Below are positions 5,131 through 14,615 of a DNA stretch of 32,000 bases, piece after piece (position 1 is the stretch's first letter; the number at the start of each line of letters is the position of its first letter). The DNA is from Chitinivibrionia bacterium. GTDB lineage: Bacteria > Fibrobacterota > Chitinivibrionia > Chitinivibrionales > Chitinivibrionaceae. Position numbers and translations under genes: made by a program. The notes under the pieces were generated by a model. That model was not told the origin of the DNA. It worked only from the letters and a program-made list of their open reading frames with translations, and searched no databases. Where the stretch lies: assembly GCA_009779925.1 (NCBI GenBank), contig WRAZ01000019.1:1-32000 (forward strand). Reading direction: 5' to 3'.

Positions 5131-5958
5131 ATGAAAAACCTGCTTTACTTCTTTCGGATAATCCGCTTAAAAAACGCGCTTATGGCGGCAGTCGGAATAG
5201 CAATCGGTTGGCTTTACTGCAATAGCAATTTAGCGATAAGCGATTTGATTTTCAGGGTCTTGGCAGGATTTTTCGCGCTTGGATACGGCAATATCATCAA
5301 CGATATTAAGGACGTAAAAACCGACAAAATATCTCACCCCGACCGTTTGCTTCCGTCAAATAAGATAAGTTTAAGAACTGCTGTAATCTTCGCGGTTATC
5401 TGCGTTATTTTTTCGATAGTTGCGGGCTTTTTATCGTCTCCGATAATAGGAATTGCTACGATTATTCCGCTTTTGCTTCTTACCTTATACTCGCTCTTTC
5501 TGAAAGCAACGCCTTTTGCGGGGAATTTGCTTGTTGCGGCTCTTACGGCATACACGCTTATTTTTGGCGGGTTGGGCGAAAATCTTGAGAAAATACTCTA
5601 TCCTGCAATCCTTGCGTTTTTGGCGAATTTCGCTCGTGAGATTGTAAAAGACTTAGCTGACGAAGAGGGCGACAAGGCGGCGGGATTACGCACTACTTCA
5701 AGTATTCCTTTAAGTTATGTGAAGGTAGTTATCTTCCTGCAATTTATAGCGTTTGCTACGATTGCTCCGCTCCCGTTTTTGTTTGGATTTTTGGGAGCGA
5801 CTTATATCTTAATAACTGCTTCTTTTGTTGCGCCGTTGCATTTTTTGTATCTTAAATATTTCGGGAAAACGGAATACAAAAAGGCGGCGGACGTGCTTAA
5901 AGTTCAGATGCTCGTCGGGCTTTTTGCCGTTGTCGCGGATTATTTTTTTAAGCTATGA
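5131..5958 (+). CDS. UbiA-family prenyltransferase, DGGGPS-like
   Basis: 275 aa, polytopic. First Asp-rich motif NDIKDVKTD followed by HPDRLLPSNKIS; second motif REIVKDLADEEGDKAAGLRT. The size and second motif resemble digeranylgeranylglyceryl-phosphate synthase-type members. The subfamily call is tentative. Confidence 0.8.
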   Translation: MKNLLYFFRIIRLKNALMAAVGIAIGWLYCNSNLAISDLIFRVLAGFFALGYGNIINDIKDVKTDKISHPDRLLPSNKISLRTAVIFAVICVIFSIVAGFLSSPIIGIATIIPLLLLTLYSLFLKATPFAGNLLVAALTAYTLIFGGLGENLEKILYPAILAFLANFAREIVKDLADEEGDKAAGLRTTSSIPLSYVKVVIFLQFIAFATIAPLPFLFGFLGATYILITASFVAPLHFLYLKYFGKTEYKKAADVLKVQMLVGLFAVVADYFFKL

Positions 5959-6072
5959 ATAGTCAAAATCTCTGAAAATTTATGTTTTTTGTCTTAATGT
6001 AGCTTTTCTATTTGAAAATATAGTATTTTATTGCCGAATGAGTTGCATTTAACCCAAAAAAACAGGAAATTT

Positions 6073-7548
6073 ATGACTAGTCGTTCAGCGGGAATTTTTT
6101 TACATATTACAGCGCTTCCCGGCAAATTCGGAGTAGGCGATATGGGTGCGGAGGCGAAGAAATTTATCGACTTACTTTCGCAAAACAGCGTTAAAATTTG
6201 GCAAATTTGTCCGACGGGACCTATTGCTTTCGGGAATTCGCCTTACAGTTCGCCAAGCGCTTTCGCGGGAAATCAAATTTTAATATCCGTTGAAACACTG
6301 AAAAATTGGGGATATCTGCAGGAAAGCGATGTTCCTAAAACCACAAAATACTCTGAAAATTCAGTGGAATTCGACAAAGTGTTTAAAGACAAAGACAAGA
6401 TTTTCAGAAAGGCGTTTGAAAAATTTACGCCAAATCAGGAATACATTAATTTTTGCAGAGACGAAAATTCTTGGCTTGAGCCGTATGTGTTATTTTTGTC
6501 GCTTTCCAAAAAATTCGGCACGCCTCGCTGGTGTAATTGGGATAAAAATTACGCGAAATACGACAAAGCGACCCTCGAAAAATATGCAAAAGAGAACGAA
6601 AAAGAGCTGAATTACTACCGTTTTATACAGTTTATTTTCCAATCGCAGTGGTTTGATATGAAAAAATACGCCGCAGATAAAGGCGTGCGCATTTTTGGCG
6701 ACATCCCCTATTACGTATCATACGAAAGCAGCGACGTTTGGGCAAACCAAGACATTTTTGAACTAAACACAAAAGGCGAAATGGCAAGAGTGGGAGGAGT
6801 GCCTCCCGATTATTTCAGCGAAGACGGACAACTTTGGGGAACGCCGCTTTATCGTTGGAAAAAAATCAAGGCGACAGGCTACGATTGGTGGGTAAAAAGA
6901 ATGAAGCGCTCGTTTTTCTATAACGATATGGTGCGAATTGACCACTTCCGCGCGTTCGAGTCGTTCTGGGCGATAGACGGCAAGGCGACAACGGCAAAGG
7001 TTGGCGTTTGGGAAAAAGGACCGGGCGACGACTTTTTTGCGAATATCTACAAAAACATAGACGGAATTGAACTTATCGCCGAGGATTTGGGCATAATAAC
7101 CGACGAGGTAAACAAACTTCGCGACAGCCAAAATCTCTGCGGAATGAAGATTTTCCAATTCGCATTCGACGGCAATCCCGACAATTATTACTTGCCTTAC
7201 AACTGCAACCGCCAAAGCGTTATGTATTCGGGAACGCACGACAACGATACGGTTTTGGGGTGGTATTCCAACCTCGACGAGCAAACAAAAGAGCGCGTAA
7301 AAAATTATATCCAAGCAAAAAACGACGACGAGGTATCGGGCAAAATAATAAGAGAAGTATTGGCGGCGCGTTCGGTTTACGCGGTTTTGCAATTACCCGA
7401 TTTGTTGGGGCTTGGAAGCGAGGCAAGATTTAACGTTCCCGGAACAGTGAACGACAAAAACTGGGCGTGGCGCTTTAAATGGAGCGATGTAAACAAGAAA
7501 ACAATGGATGATTTGAAAAAAATGATACAAATTTACGGCAGGGCTTAA
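6073..7548 (+). CDS. malQ: 4-alpha-glucanotransferase (amylomaltase)
   Basis: MTSRSAGIFLHITALPGKFGVGDMG start at ATG 6073, preferred over the track's TTG at 6031. Also VRIDHFRAFESFW, LIAEDLG and YSGTHDNDT. Confidence 0.93.
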   Translation: MTSRSAGIFLHITALPGKFGVGDMGAEAKKFIDLLSQNSVKIWQICPTGPIAFGNSPYSSPSAFAGNQILISVETLKNWGYLQESDVPKTTKYSENSVEFDKVFKDKDKIFRKAFEKFTPNQEYINFCRDENSWLEPYVLFLSLSKKFGTPRWCNWDKNYAKYDKATLEKYAKENEKELNYYRFIQFIFQSQWFDMKKYAADKGVRIFGDIPYYVSYESSDVWANQDIFELNTKGEMARVGGVPPDYFSEDGQLWGTPLYRWKKIKATGYDWWVKRMKRSFFYNDMVRIDHFRAFESFWAIDGKATTAKVGVWEKGPGDDFFANIYKNIDGIELIAEDLGIITDEVNKLRDSQNLCGMKIFQFAFDGNPDNYYLPYNCNRQSVMYSGTHDNDTVLGWYSNLDEQTKERVKNYIQAKNDDEVSGKIIREVLAARSVYAVLQLPDLLGLGSEARFNVPGTVNDKNWAWRFKWSDVNKKTMDDLKKMIQIYGRA

Positions 7549-7591
7549 TTTACACTGCCGCAAAACAAACTTTTAAGAAGAGGAGTTTTTT

Positions 7592-9316
7592 ATGAGTGAT
7601 GTAGAAATTTTGGCAAAAGCACAAGCCTACGTGCAAAAGGAAAAGCACCCGACATTTCGCGGTGAAGTGGAAAAATTGATTGCAGAAAAGAACTTGGAAG
7701 AACTTTCAGACAGATTTTTTAAGGACTTGGAATTTGGAACAGGCGGTCTTCGCGGCGTAATCGGCGGCGGATATAATCGTCTAAATTCTTATACCATTCA
7801 AAAAGCAACGCAAGGCTTGGCGACTTACATAGTAAATCAGAAAATCGAAAATCCATCGGCGGTTATCGCTTACGACAGCAGAAATTACTCGGATTTGTTC
7901 GCGCTCGAAGCCGCAAAAGTGCTTGCAGGCAACGGAATTAAAACGTACTTATTCTCGTCGCTTCGCCCAACGCCCGAACTTTCTTTTGCCGTGCGCGAGC
8001 TTAAAACAACCACGGGAATTGTAGTAACGGCTTCGCACAATCCGCCCAAATACAACGGCTACAAAGTGTATTGGAGCGACGGTTGCCAAGTAACGCCTCC
8101 GCACGACGACGCGATTGTCGCCTTGGCAAATTCGGTGGAAGAAATTAAAGCAATCGACGAAAACGAAGCTTTCAAAAACGGTTCAATCGTAAAAATCGAC
8201 GAAGAAATCGATAAAAAATACATTGATATGGTGAAAAACCTCTGCATTCGCCCGCAACTCATAAGAGAAAAAGGAAAAGACGTAAAAGTTGTTTTCACTC
8301 CTCTTCACGGAGCGGGAGCAATGCCTGTTGAGCGCGCGTTAAAAGAAATGGGAATTGACGTAATTTGGGTAGAACAGCAAAAAGCGCCCGACGGCAATTT
8401 CTCAACCGTAAAAAAACCCAATCCCGAAGAAAAAGAAGCATTGCAATTATCGCTTGATTTGGGCAAAAAAGTGGGCGCAGACCTAATTCTTGCAACCGAC
8501 CCCGACGCAGACCGCTTGGGAATTGCAGTTCCCGACGAAAACGGCGAATTCGTGCTTATTACGGGAAATCAGTTGGGCGCGCTTCTCTCGGATTACATTT
8601 TCTCATCGAAAAAAGCGCTCGGAACACTGCCTAAAAAGCCTGCGTTTATAAAAACAATTGTGACAACGAACTTTCAAAGAAAAATCGCCGAACATTACGG
8701 AGCGGCTTGCTTTGACGTCCTTACGGGCTTTAAGTATATCGGCGAAAAAATCCGCGAATTTGAAACAGGCAACGACGGCTACGAATACTTGTTCGGCGGC
8801 GAAGAAAGCTACGGCTATTTAATAGGAACGCACGTTCGCGACAAAGACGCGGTAAGCGCGGCGGTAATGACTGCCGAAATGACTCTTTTCCACAGAAGCG
8901 AGGGACGTTCTCTTTTGCAACAGCTCAATAAATTGTGGGCGCAATTCGGATATTTCCAAGAAACGCTCATAAATCTTGACTTTGAAGGACAAGCCGGAAT
9001 TGCAAAAATGGCGGGAATTATGAAAGGCTTGCGTGAAAAAATCCCTGCCGAAATCAACGGAATTAAAGTCGCCGAAGTAAAAGATTATCAGTCGTCGGAA
9101 GTAAAATCGCCCGACGGCGCGGTAAAAGCAAAAATAGACCTGCCGAAATCCAACGTTTTGCAGTTTATTCTTGCGGACGAAACGATAATTACGGCAAGAC
9201 CGTCGGGAACCGAGCCGAAAATCAAGTTTTACGCTTCTACTTTTGCTGAAAACGAAGCAAAAGCAAAGGCGAAAGCCGCGAGTTTCGACAAAGCAATCAG
9301 GGATTTGGTGTCGTAA
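7592..9316 (+). CDS. Phosphoglucomutase / phosphomannomutase (alpha-D-phosphohexomutase family)
   Basis: 574 aa with AGAGGAG RBS. Active-site loop GIVVTASHNPPKYNGYKVY, metal loop ATDPDADRLG and sugar loop GGEESYGY. Confidence 0.9.
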   Translation: MSDVEILAKAQAYVQKEKHPTFRGEVEKLIAEKNLEELSDRFFKDLEFGTGGLRGVIGGGYNRLNSYTIQKATQGLATYIVNQKIENPSAVIAYDSRNYSDLFALEAAKVLAGNGIKTYLFSSLRPTPELSFAVRELKTTTGIVVTASHNPPKYNGYKVYWSDGCQVTPPHDDAIVALANSVEEIKAIDENEAFKNGSIVKIDEEIDKKYIDMVKNLCIRPQLIREKGKDVKVVFTPLHGAGAMPVERALKEMGIDVIWVEQQKAPDGNFSTVKKPNPEEKEALQLSLDLGKKVGADLILATDPDADRLGIAVPDENGEFVLITGNQLGALLSDYIFSSKKALGTLPKKPAFIKTIVTTNFQRKIAEHYGAACFDVLTGFKYIGEKIREFETGNDGYEYLFGGEESYGYLIGTHVRDKDAVSAAVMTAEMTLFHRSEGRSLLQQLNKLWAQFGYFQETLINLDFEGQAGIAKMAGIMKGLREKIPAEINGIKVAEVKDYQSSEVKSPDGAVKAKIDLPKSNVLQFILADETIITARPSGTEPKIKFYASTFAENEAKAKAKAASFDKAIRDLVS

Positions 9317-9318
9317 AA

Positions 9319-10266
9319 ATGGATATTAACGCGGAGAAAAATGTGCTGAAAATCCAACATTTGCTTGGTTTAAAAGGCGTTTGCAAAGAGGATATTATTA
9401 AAATATTGGATACGGCGGATAATTATTACGAAATTCTGAACAGCGAAAACAAAATTACCGATTCGCTTAAAGGAAAAACCGTCGTGAACTTATTTTATGA
9501 AAATTCTACGCGCACGCGCATTTCTTTTGAACTCGCGCAAAAAAGGCTTTCGGCAAATCCGCTTAATTTCTCGGTTTCGGGAAGTTCGGTAAGCAAGGGC
9601 GAAACGCTCAAAGACACCGTGCAAAACATAGAAGCGATGAACATCGATATGATAGTTGTGCGGCATTCTGCGAGCGGCGTTCCCGAATTTTTGACAAAAT
9701 TTTCAAAGGCGACCATAATAAACGCGGGCGACGGATTTAACGAACACCCGACCCAAGCGCTTTTGGACATAATGACAATCCGTCAAAAACTCGGGCGATT
9801 GGAAGGCGTAAATGTCGCGATAATCGGCGATATTCTTCACAGCCGCGTTGCCCGAAGCAATGTTTGGGGAATGAAGACTTTGGGAATGAACGTAATTTTG
9901 TGCGGACCTTCAACTTTTCTGCCGCAACATCCTGAATTGCTTGGAGTTAAGACAACCACCGACGTAAACGAAGCAATAGAAAACGCCGACGCGGTAATGC
10001 TCTTGCGCCTGCAACTTGAGCGGCAAGACACCGGACTTTTTCCGTCTGTTCGCGAGTATCGACAGCTGTTTGGACTTGACGTGGAAAAAATGAAAAAAAT
10101 GAAAGAAAACGCAATAATTATGCACCCCGGTCCAATAAACAGAAGCGTAGAAATCGCTTCGGAAGTAGCGGACTGCGGCAGAAGCGTGATACTGGATCAA
10201 GTAACCTGCGGAGTAGCTACAAGAATGGCTGTGCTTTCGCTTTTAGGTAATAAAGAGGGTAAATAA
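9319..10266 (+). CDS. pyrB: Aspartate carbamoyltransferase catalytic subunit
   Basis: ENSTRTRISFE, NEHPTQALLD and IMHPGPINR motifs. Starts 2 nt after the upstream stop. Confidence 0.93.
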   Translation: MDINAEKNVLKIQHLLGLKGVCKEDIIKILDTADNYYEILNSENKITDSLKGKTVVNLFYENSTRTRISFELAQKRLSANPLNFSVSGSSVSKGETLKDTVQNIEAMNIDMIVVRHSASGVPEFLTKFSKATIINAGDGFNEHPTQALLDIMTIRQKLGRLEGVNVAIIGDILHSRVARSNVWGMKTLGMNVILCGPSTFLPQHPELLGVKTTTDVNEAIENADAVMLLRLQLERQDTGLFPSVREYRQLFGLDVEKMKKMKENAIIMHPGPINRSVEIASEVADCGRSVILDQVTCGVATRMAVLSLLGNKEGK

Positions 10267-10268
10267 AA

Positions 10269-10466
10269 ATGAAATGTAAAATTAACGCAACAGAAACAGA
10301 TATTACATCTAAAACCGTCGGTGATTTGCTTAGAGAAAGAGACATATTATTTGATACGGTCGTAATAGAATACAACGGTGAAATACTAAAAAGAGTGAAT
10401 TTTGACGAAAAAGTGATAAACGACGGCGATAATATAGAAATTTTAAGTTTTGTCGGAGGCGGATAA
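10269..10466 (+). CDS. thiS: Sulfur-carrier protein ThiS
   Basis: 65 aa, ubiquitin-like size, C-terminal ...LSFVGGG. The stop overlaps the thiG ATG (TAATG). Confidence 0.85.
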   Translation: MKCKINATETDITSKTVGDLLRERDILFDTVVIEYNGEILKRVNFDEKVINDGDNIEILSFVGGG

Positions 10467-11230
10467 TGGAAGATATATTGGAACTTGCGGGCAAAAAATT
10501 CTCATCTCGACTTTTGACGGGCTCGGGAAAATACCGCGACGAAAAAATGATAAAAGATATTTTGGAAGCGGCAAATTGCGACATAATCACGGTCGCGTTA
10601 AGGCGCGTGGATTTCAGCAAAAAAGACCATTCGATAATATCGTATATTCCTGAGAACAAACAACTTATGCCTAATACTTCGGGCGCGCGAACTGCCGAAG
10701 AAGCAGTAAAAATAGCTCGTCTTTCACGCGAAATGGGATATGGCAACTGGATTAAAATTGAGGTAATTAAGGATACAAAGTACTTGCTTCCCGATAATTT
10801 GGACACATTAAAAGCAACCGAAATTTTGGCGGCTGAAGGTTTCGCGGTTTTCGCCTATATGCAACCCGATTTGGCTATGGGTCGGCGAATGGCGGCGGCG
10901 GGCGCGGCGGCGGTAATGCCTTTGGGCGCGCCTATCGGCTCAAACAAAGGATTGCAAACACGCGACACCATTCGCATAATGATAGAAGAAATATCCGCGC
11001 CGATAATTGTTGACGCAGGTATCGGAAAACCATCGCAGGCTTGCGAAGCAATGGAAATGGGCGCGGCGGCAGTGCTTTTGAACACGGCGATTGCTGCAAG
11101 CGACAATCCCGTGCTGATGGCGCAAGCGTTCAAAAACGCGGTCGAAGCAGGGCGGCAAGGATTTTTGGCAGGTTTTGCAGGTGAAACAAGCGCAACGGCT
11201 TCCTCTCCCCTGACGGGCTTTTTAGATTAG
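10466..11230 (+). CDS. thiG: Thiazole synthase
   Basis: 254 aa. [41 protein letters not shown] and IIVDAGIG are typical of ThiG. Confidence 0.95.
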   Translation: MEDILELAGKKFSSRLLTGSGKYRDEKMIKDILEAANCDIITVALRRVDFSKKDHSIISYIPENKQLMPNTSGARTAEEAVKIARLSREMGYGNWIKIEVIKDTKYLLPDNLDTLKATEILAAEGFAVFAYMQPDLAMGRRMAAAGAAAVMPLGAPIGSNKGLQTRDTIRIMIEEISAPIIVDAGIGKPSQACEAMEMGAAAVLLNTAIAASDNPVLMAQAFKNAVEAGRQGFLAGFAGETSATASSPLTGFLD

Positions 11231-11242
11231 GGAGAAATAAAA

Positions 11243-12649
11243 ATGGCATTCAGAAAAAAAGCGTCTCTTTTTTATTCCGTTCGCATAGCGGCAATTGCGG
11301 CTATCGGCGGTTTTTTATTCGGGTTCGACATATCTGTAATAAACGGAGCGGTCGGCGCCATACAGAATAAATTCGCGGCGGGAGCGTGGCAAACGGGATT
11401 TTCTGTGTCCGTAGTTCTTATAGGCGCGGCAATCGGCGCTTTTTTGGGCGGACGGATGTCAGATTTTATCGGGCGCGTAAAATGTATGAAATGGGCGGCT
11501 TTTCTGTTTTTTTGCGGGTCGCTCGGAGCAGGAGCGGCAAGCGGATTTTATGATTTTATCTGGTGGCGTTTTGTAGCGGGATTTGCCATCGGAGGCGCAA
11601 ACATCGTTATCCCCCGATACATCGCCGAAACCGCGCCAAGCCAATACAGAGGACGTTTGGGAACTTTCCAGCAACTCGCCATAGTTTCGGGAATTTTAGC
11701 GGCAAGCATAATCGATAATTTCTTTATAGGAAAAATAATAAGCATTCCACAAACGCTTTGGCTTGACTTTGACGCTTGGAACTGGCTGTTTTGGATAAAG
11801 GCTATTCCCGCTGTTGTCTATGGTGTGCTTCTTTTTACTTTGCCCGAAAGCCCACACTTTTTGATGGCGAAAAACAAAGTTAAAGAAGCTTTTGACGTAC
11901 TTGCGCGAACGGTGCGTGAAGAAAAAATTCACACAAAACTCGATGAAATAAAAAAATCTATTGTTGTAGAAAGCAGGTCTCATTTAGCAGACCTTATAGG
12001 AAAAAATGACAGAGGTAAAACGCGATTTTATCCTGTTATTTTAGCAGGTGTTGCGATTGCCGCCTTGCAACAGCTGGTAGGAATTAACGTTATATTTTAC
12101 TACGGAAACACGCTCTGGCAGTCAATAGGATTTGGACAAGAACACTCTACCGCTCTCACGCTTTTTACAAGTACAATCAATGTATTGGCAACCATTGTCG
12201 CCGTTTTTCTTATAGATAAAGTAGGCAGAAAACCTTTGCTTCTCACAGGAAGTGCAGGAATGTTCGCCTCGCTTCTTGCTATGGCGATAATTTTTGCTCA
12301 AGCGCCGATTGACAACAATCTAAATCCCGTTTTAAGCGGACCTTTGGCTTACGCGGCGGTGATTTTGGCTAATCTTTTCATAGTATTTTTCGCAATAACT
12401 TGGGGACCAGTCCTTTGGGTAATGCTTGGCGAAATGTTTAACAACAAAATTCGAGGCGTTGCTTTGGCGGCGGCAGGACTTGCTCAATGGCTTTCAAATT
12501 TTCTTGTTTCGACAACATTTCCACCGCTCGCGCAAAACCTCGGGCTTGGCGGAGTTTACGGAATTTACGCCTTTGTTGCGGCATTCAGCTTCTTTTTTGT
12601 TCTTAATAAAGTAAAGGAAACCGCAGGTATAGAACTTGAAGATATGTAA
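11243..12649 (+). CDS. MFS sugar porter family transporter
   Basis: 468 aa, about 12 TM segments. GGRMSDFIGR, PESPHFL, VGRKPLLL and the C-terminal PETAG-like KETAGIELE are sugar-porter signatures. Confidence 0.9.
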   Translation: MAFRKKASLFYSVRIAAIAAIGGFLFGFDISVINGAVGAIQNKFAAGAWQTGFSVSVVLIGAAIGAFLGGRMSDFIGRVKCMKWAAFLFFCGSLGAGAASGFYDFIWWRFVAGFAIGGANIVIPRYIAETAPSQYRGRLGTFQQLAIVSGILAASIIDNFFIGKIISIPQTLWLDFDAWNWLFWIKAIPAVVYGVLLFTLPESPHFLMAKNKVKEAFDVLARTVREEKIHTKLDEIKKSIVVESRSHLADLIGKNDRGKTRFYPVILAGVAIAALQQLVGINVIFYYGNTLWQSIGFGQEHSTALTLFTSTINVLATIVAVFLIDKVGRKPLLLTGSAGMFASLLAMAIIFAQAPIDNNLNPVLSGPLAYAAVILANLFIVFFAITWGPVLWVMLGEMFNNKIRGVALAAAGLAQWLSNFLVSTTFPPLAQNLGLGGVYGIYAFVAAFSFFFVLNKVKETAGIELEDM

Positions 12650-12650
12650 T

Positions 12651-12689
12651 AAAAAAAAAGCCCCGTCATAATTGAAGGGGCTTTTTTTT
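12651..12689. terminator. Bidirectional rho-independent terminator
   Basis: A9-GCCCC / 12-nt loop / GGGGC-T8, sitting between convergent genes (MFS transporter and queD). Confidence 0.85.
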
Positions 12690-12713
12690 GTATAATTATA
12701 TACAAAATCTTTA

Positions 12714-13082
12714 CTATTCAAAATACGAAGCGCAGTTTCCCGTTGTTTCCCAAACATCTATTCTGTAAACACAAACGCTTTCGCTCTCGTTTTTTAAGGA
12801 CTTTGCAAGTTCATCGTAAATATACTTTGCAATGTTTTCAGAGGACGGATTTATATCGATAAAAATCAAATTCAAATCCGTATGGTCGAGCTTTTCTACA
12901 ACCGCTTTAAGATGTTTCTTCAGTATTTTAAAGTCGATTGCCAAGCCGATTTTGTTAAGTTTTTCGGCGCGAACTACAGCTTTCACCTGCCAATTATGTC
13001 CGTGAAGATTTTCACAAGAACCGCAATATTCGCGCAAATGGTGAGCGGCGGCAAAATTTATCTCGGTTGAAACTTCAAACAT
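12714..13082 (-). CDS. queD: 6-carboxy-5,6,7,8-tetrahydropterin synthase
   Basis: 122 aa. FAAAHHL and CENLHGHNWQV (Cys plus His triad region) are typical of QueD/PTPS. Starts 1 nt after the proA stop. Confidence 0.9.
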   Translation of the reverse strand: MFEVSTEINFAAAHHLREYCGSCENLHGHNWQVKAVVRAEKLNKIGLAIDFKILKKHLKAVVEKLDHTDLNLIFIDINPSSENIAKYIYDELAKSLKNESESVCVYRIDVWETTGNCASYFE

Positions 13083-14378
13083 TTACTTATCTCCTTTTTC
13101 TAGTTTTTTGTGTGTGAATTTTCTTCTGTTTTCCGAAAAATCGGCTACAATGTCGCCGTTTCCGAATAATTTGTATTTGTAAATCAGTAATCCATCGAGC
13201 CCGACAGGACCGCGTGAGTGGATTTTCCCTGTGCTTACTCCCACTTCCGCTCCAAAGCCGAAGCGATAACCGTCGGAGAAACGCGAAGAGCAATTATGAA
13301 AAACGCAGGCGCTATCCACCAAACTCATAAACGTTTTCACATTTTCGTTGTTTTCGCTGACAATAACATCGGTGTGTCCGCTTCCGTATTTGTTTATGTG
13401 CTCAATCGCCTCGTCTAAGTTTTTAACTACCTTTATTGATAAAATATAATCCAAATATTCTGTTGCCCAATCTTCGTCGGTGGCAAGTTTTATATCGGAA
13501 ATTATTGCTCGCGCTTTTTCGTCGCCGCGTATTTCTACGCCTTTTTCTTTTAATTTTTCGCATACGAGCGGAAAAAACTTTTCGGCTATATTTTGATGCA
13601 CAAGCAGAGTTTCGAGCGCATTACAAACAGATACATATTGTGTTTTCGAATCGACGGTAATTTTTATCGCCTTTTCGATTTCGGCGCTTTCGTCAATATA
13701 CAAATGGCAAATTCCGTCGCTATGTCCTGTCACAGGAATATTGGTATTGTCCATAATGTACTTTACAAACTCATTTGAACCGCGAGGTATCAGCAAATCA
13801 ATATAATCGGATAGTTTCAACATTTCAGAAACATCATCGCGAGTTTCCGCCAAAACCGCCCAACCTTCCGGCGTTTCTGCTTGCAAACTTGCGTTATAAA
13901 TTATATTAAAAAGAATTTTATTCGTGCTCTTCGCTTCACTTCCGCCTTTGAGTATTACCGCATTTCCGCTTTTTAAGCAAAGCGTTGCGATTTGCACCAA
14001 AGCATCGGGGCGACTTTCAAAAATTACGCCGATTACACCTATCGGACAACTTACGCGATACAAATCCAAGCCATCTGCAAGTTCCGTTGAAAGAAGCGTT
14101 TTGCCAACAGGGTCTTGAAGTTTTATAAGTTGCTCTATTCCTGAAATCACATCGTTAAGTTTGTTTTCATCGAATTTCAGGCGCTTAATAATCGGGTCGG
14201 ACAAATTATCTTTTTGGGCATTTTGAATATCAAGCTCATTCGCCTTAAAAATTTCTTCTTTATGGTTTTTTAGACTATCGACAATTTTTTTTAATGCGTT
14301 ATTTTTTACTTCACTTTCTATTGCCGACAAAATTATTCCGGCTCGTTTCGCATTTTTGGCGCTCTCAATAATAGACAT
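13083..14378 (-). CDS. proA: Gamma-glutamyl phosphate reductase
   Basis: 431 aa with AAAGGAGAG RBS. IGVIGVIFESRPDA, VCNALETLLVH and GHTDVI.. are ProA aldehyde-dehydrogenase-type motifs. Confidence 0.95.
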   Translation of the reverse strand: MSIIESAKNAKRAGIILSAIESEVKNNALKKIVDSLKNHKEEIFKANELDIQNAQKDNLSDPIIKRLKFDENKLNDVISGIEQLIKLQDPVGKTLLSTELADGLDLYRVSCPIGVIGVIFESRPDALVQIATLCLKSGNAVILKGGSEAKSTNKILFNIIYNASLQAETPEGWAVLAETRDDVSEMLKLSDYIDLLIPRGSNEFVKYIMDNTNIPVTGHSDGICHLYIDESAEIEKAIKITVDSKTQYVSVCNALETLLVHQNIAEKFFPLVCEKLKEKGVEIRGDEKARAIISDIKLATDEDWATEYLDYILSIKVVKNLDEAIEHINKYGSGHTDVIVSENNENVKTFMSLVDSACVFHNCSSRFSDGYRFGFGAEVGVSTGKIHSRGPVGLDGLLIYKYKLFGNGDIVADFSENRRKFTHKKLEKGDK

Positions 14379-14469
14379 TTTCTCTCCTTTTTTTACAATT
14401 TTGCGATTAAAATACTATTTGGGCGCGCCCGCACGGCACTGTCAAAACCAAAAATCTACAAATTTACCC

Positions 14470-14497
14470 TTGACTTTTTATGTTGGAATAATATATT
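14470..14497 (+). promoter_or_regulatory. Sigma70-like promoter candidate (TTGACT-16 nt-TATATT)
   Basis: Hexamers at 14470-14475 and 14492-14497 in the 237-nt gap upstream of the orphan gene. The consensus may not apply if the host uses Bacteroidota-type promoters. Confidence 0.3.
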
Positions 14498-14560
14498 TTA
14501 CTCTTGTAAGAAAACATTTTTCTTAAAAACTAAAGTGTTTGAAAAATTTAAAATCTACGT

Positions 14561-14598
14561 ATAAGTCCGAATTTGACGGGCTTATTCTTTTTTATTTT
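14561..14598 (+). terminator. Intrinsic terminator / attenuator inside the leader of the 214-aa gene
   Basis: 9-bp stem ATAAGTCCG / CGGGCTTAT (one G-U pair), 7-nt loop, then TCTTTTTTATTTT. It ends 17 nt before the ATG at 14616. There is no upstream plus-strand gene for it to terminate. Confidence 0.6.
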
Positions 14599-14615
14599 CA
14601 GGAAAGGACTAATTT

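Noticed and set aside
6763-7392. 209-aa minus-strand ORF inside malQ
   Set aside because: It is antisense to a gene with unambiguous MalQ motifs, and its translation is Arg/Val-rich and looks meaningless.
10260-10270. Expected TPP riboswitch upstream of thiS
   Set aside because: Only 2 nt separate pyrB and thiS, and nothing resembling a THI-box lies upstream within the operon.
10330-10806. 158-aa minus-strand ORF across thiS/thiG
   Set aside because: It is antisense to well-supported genes and has no RBS.
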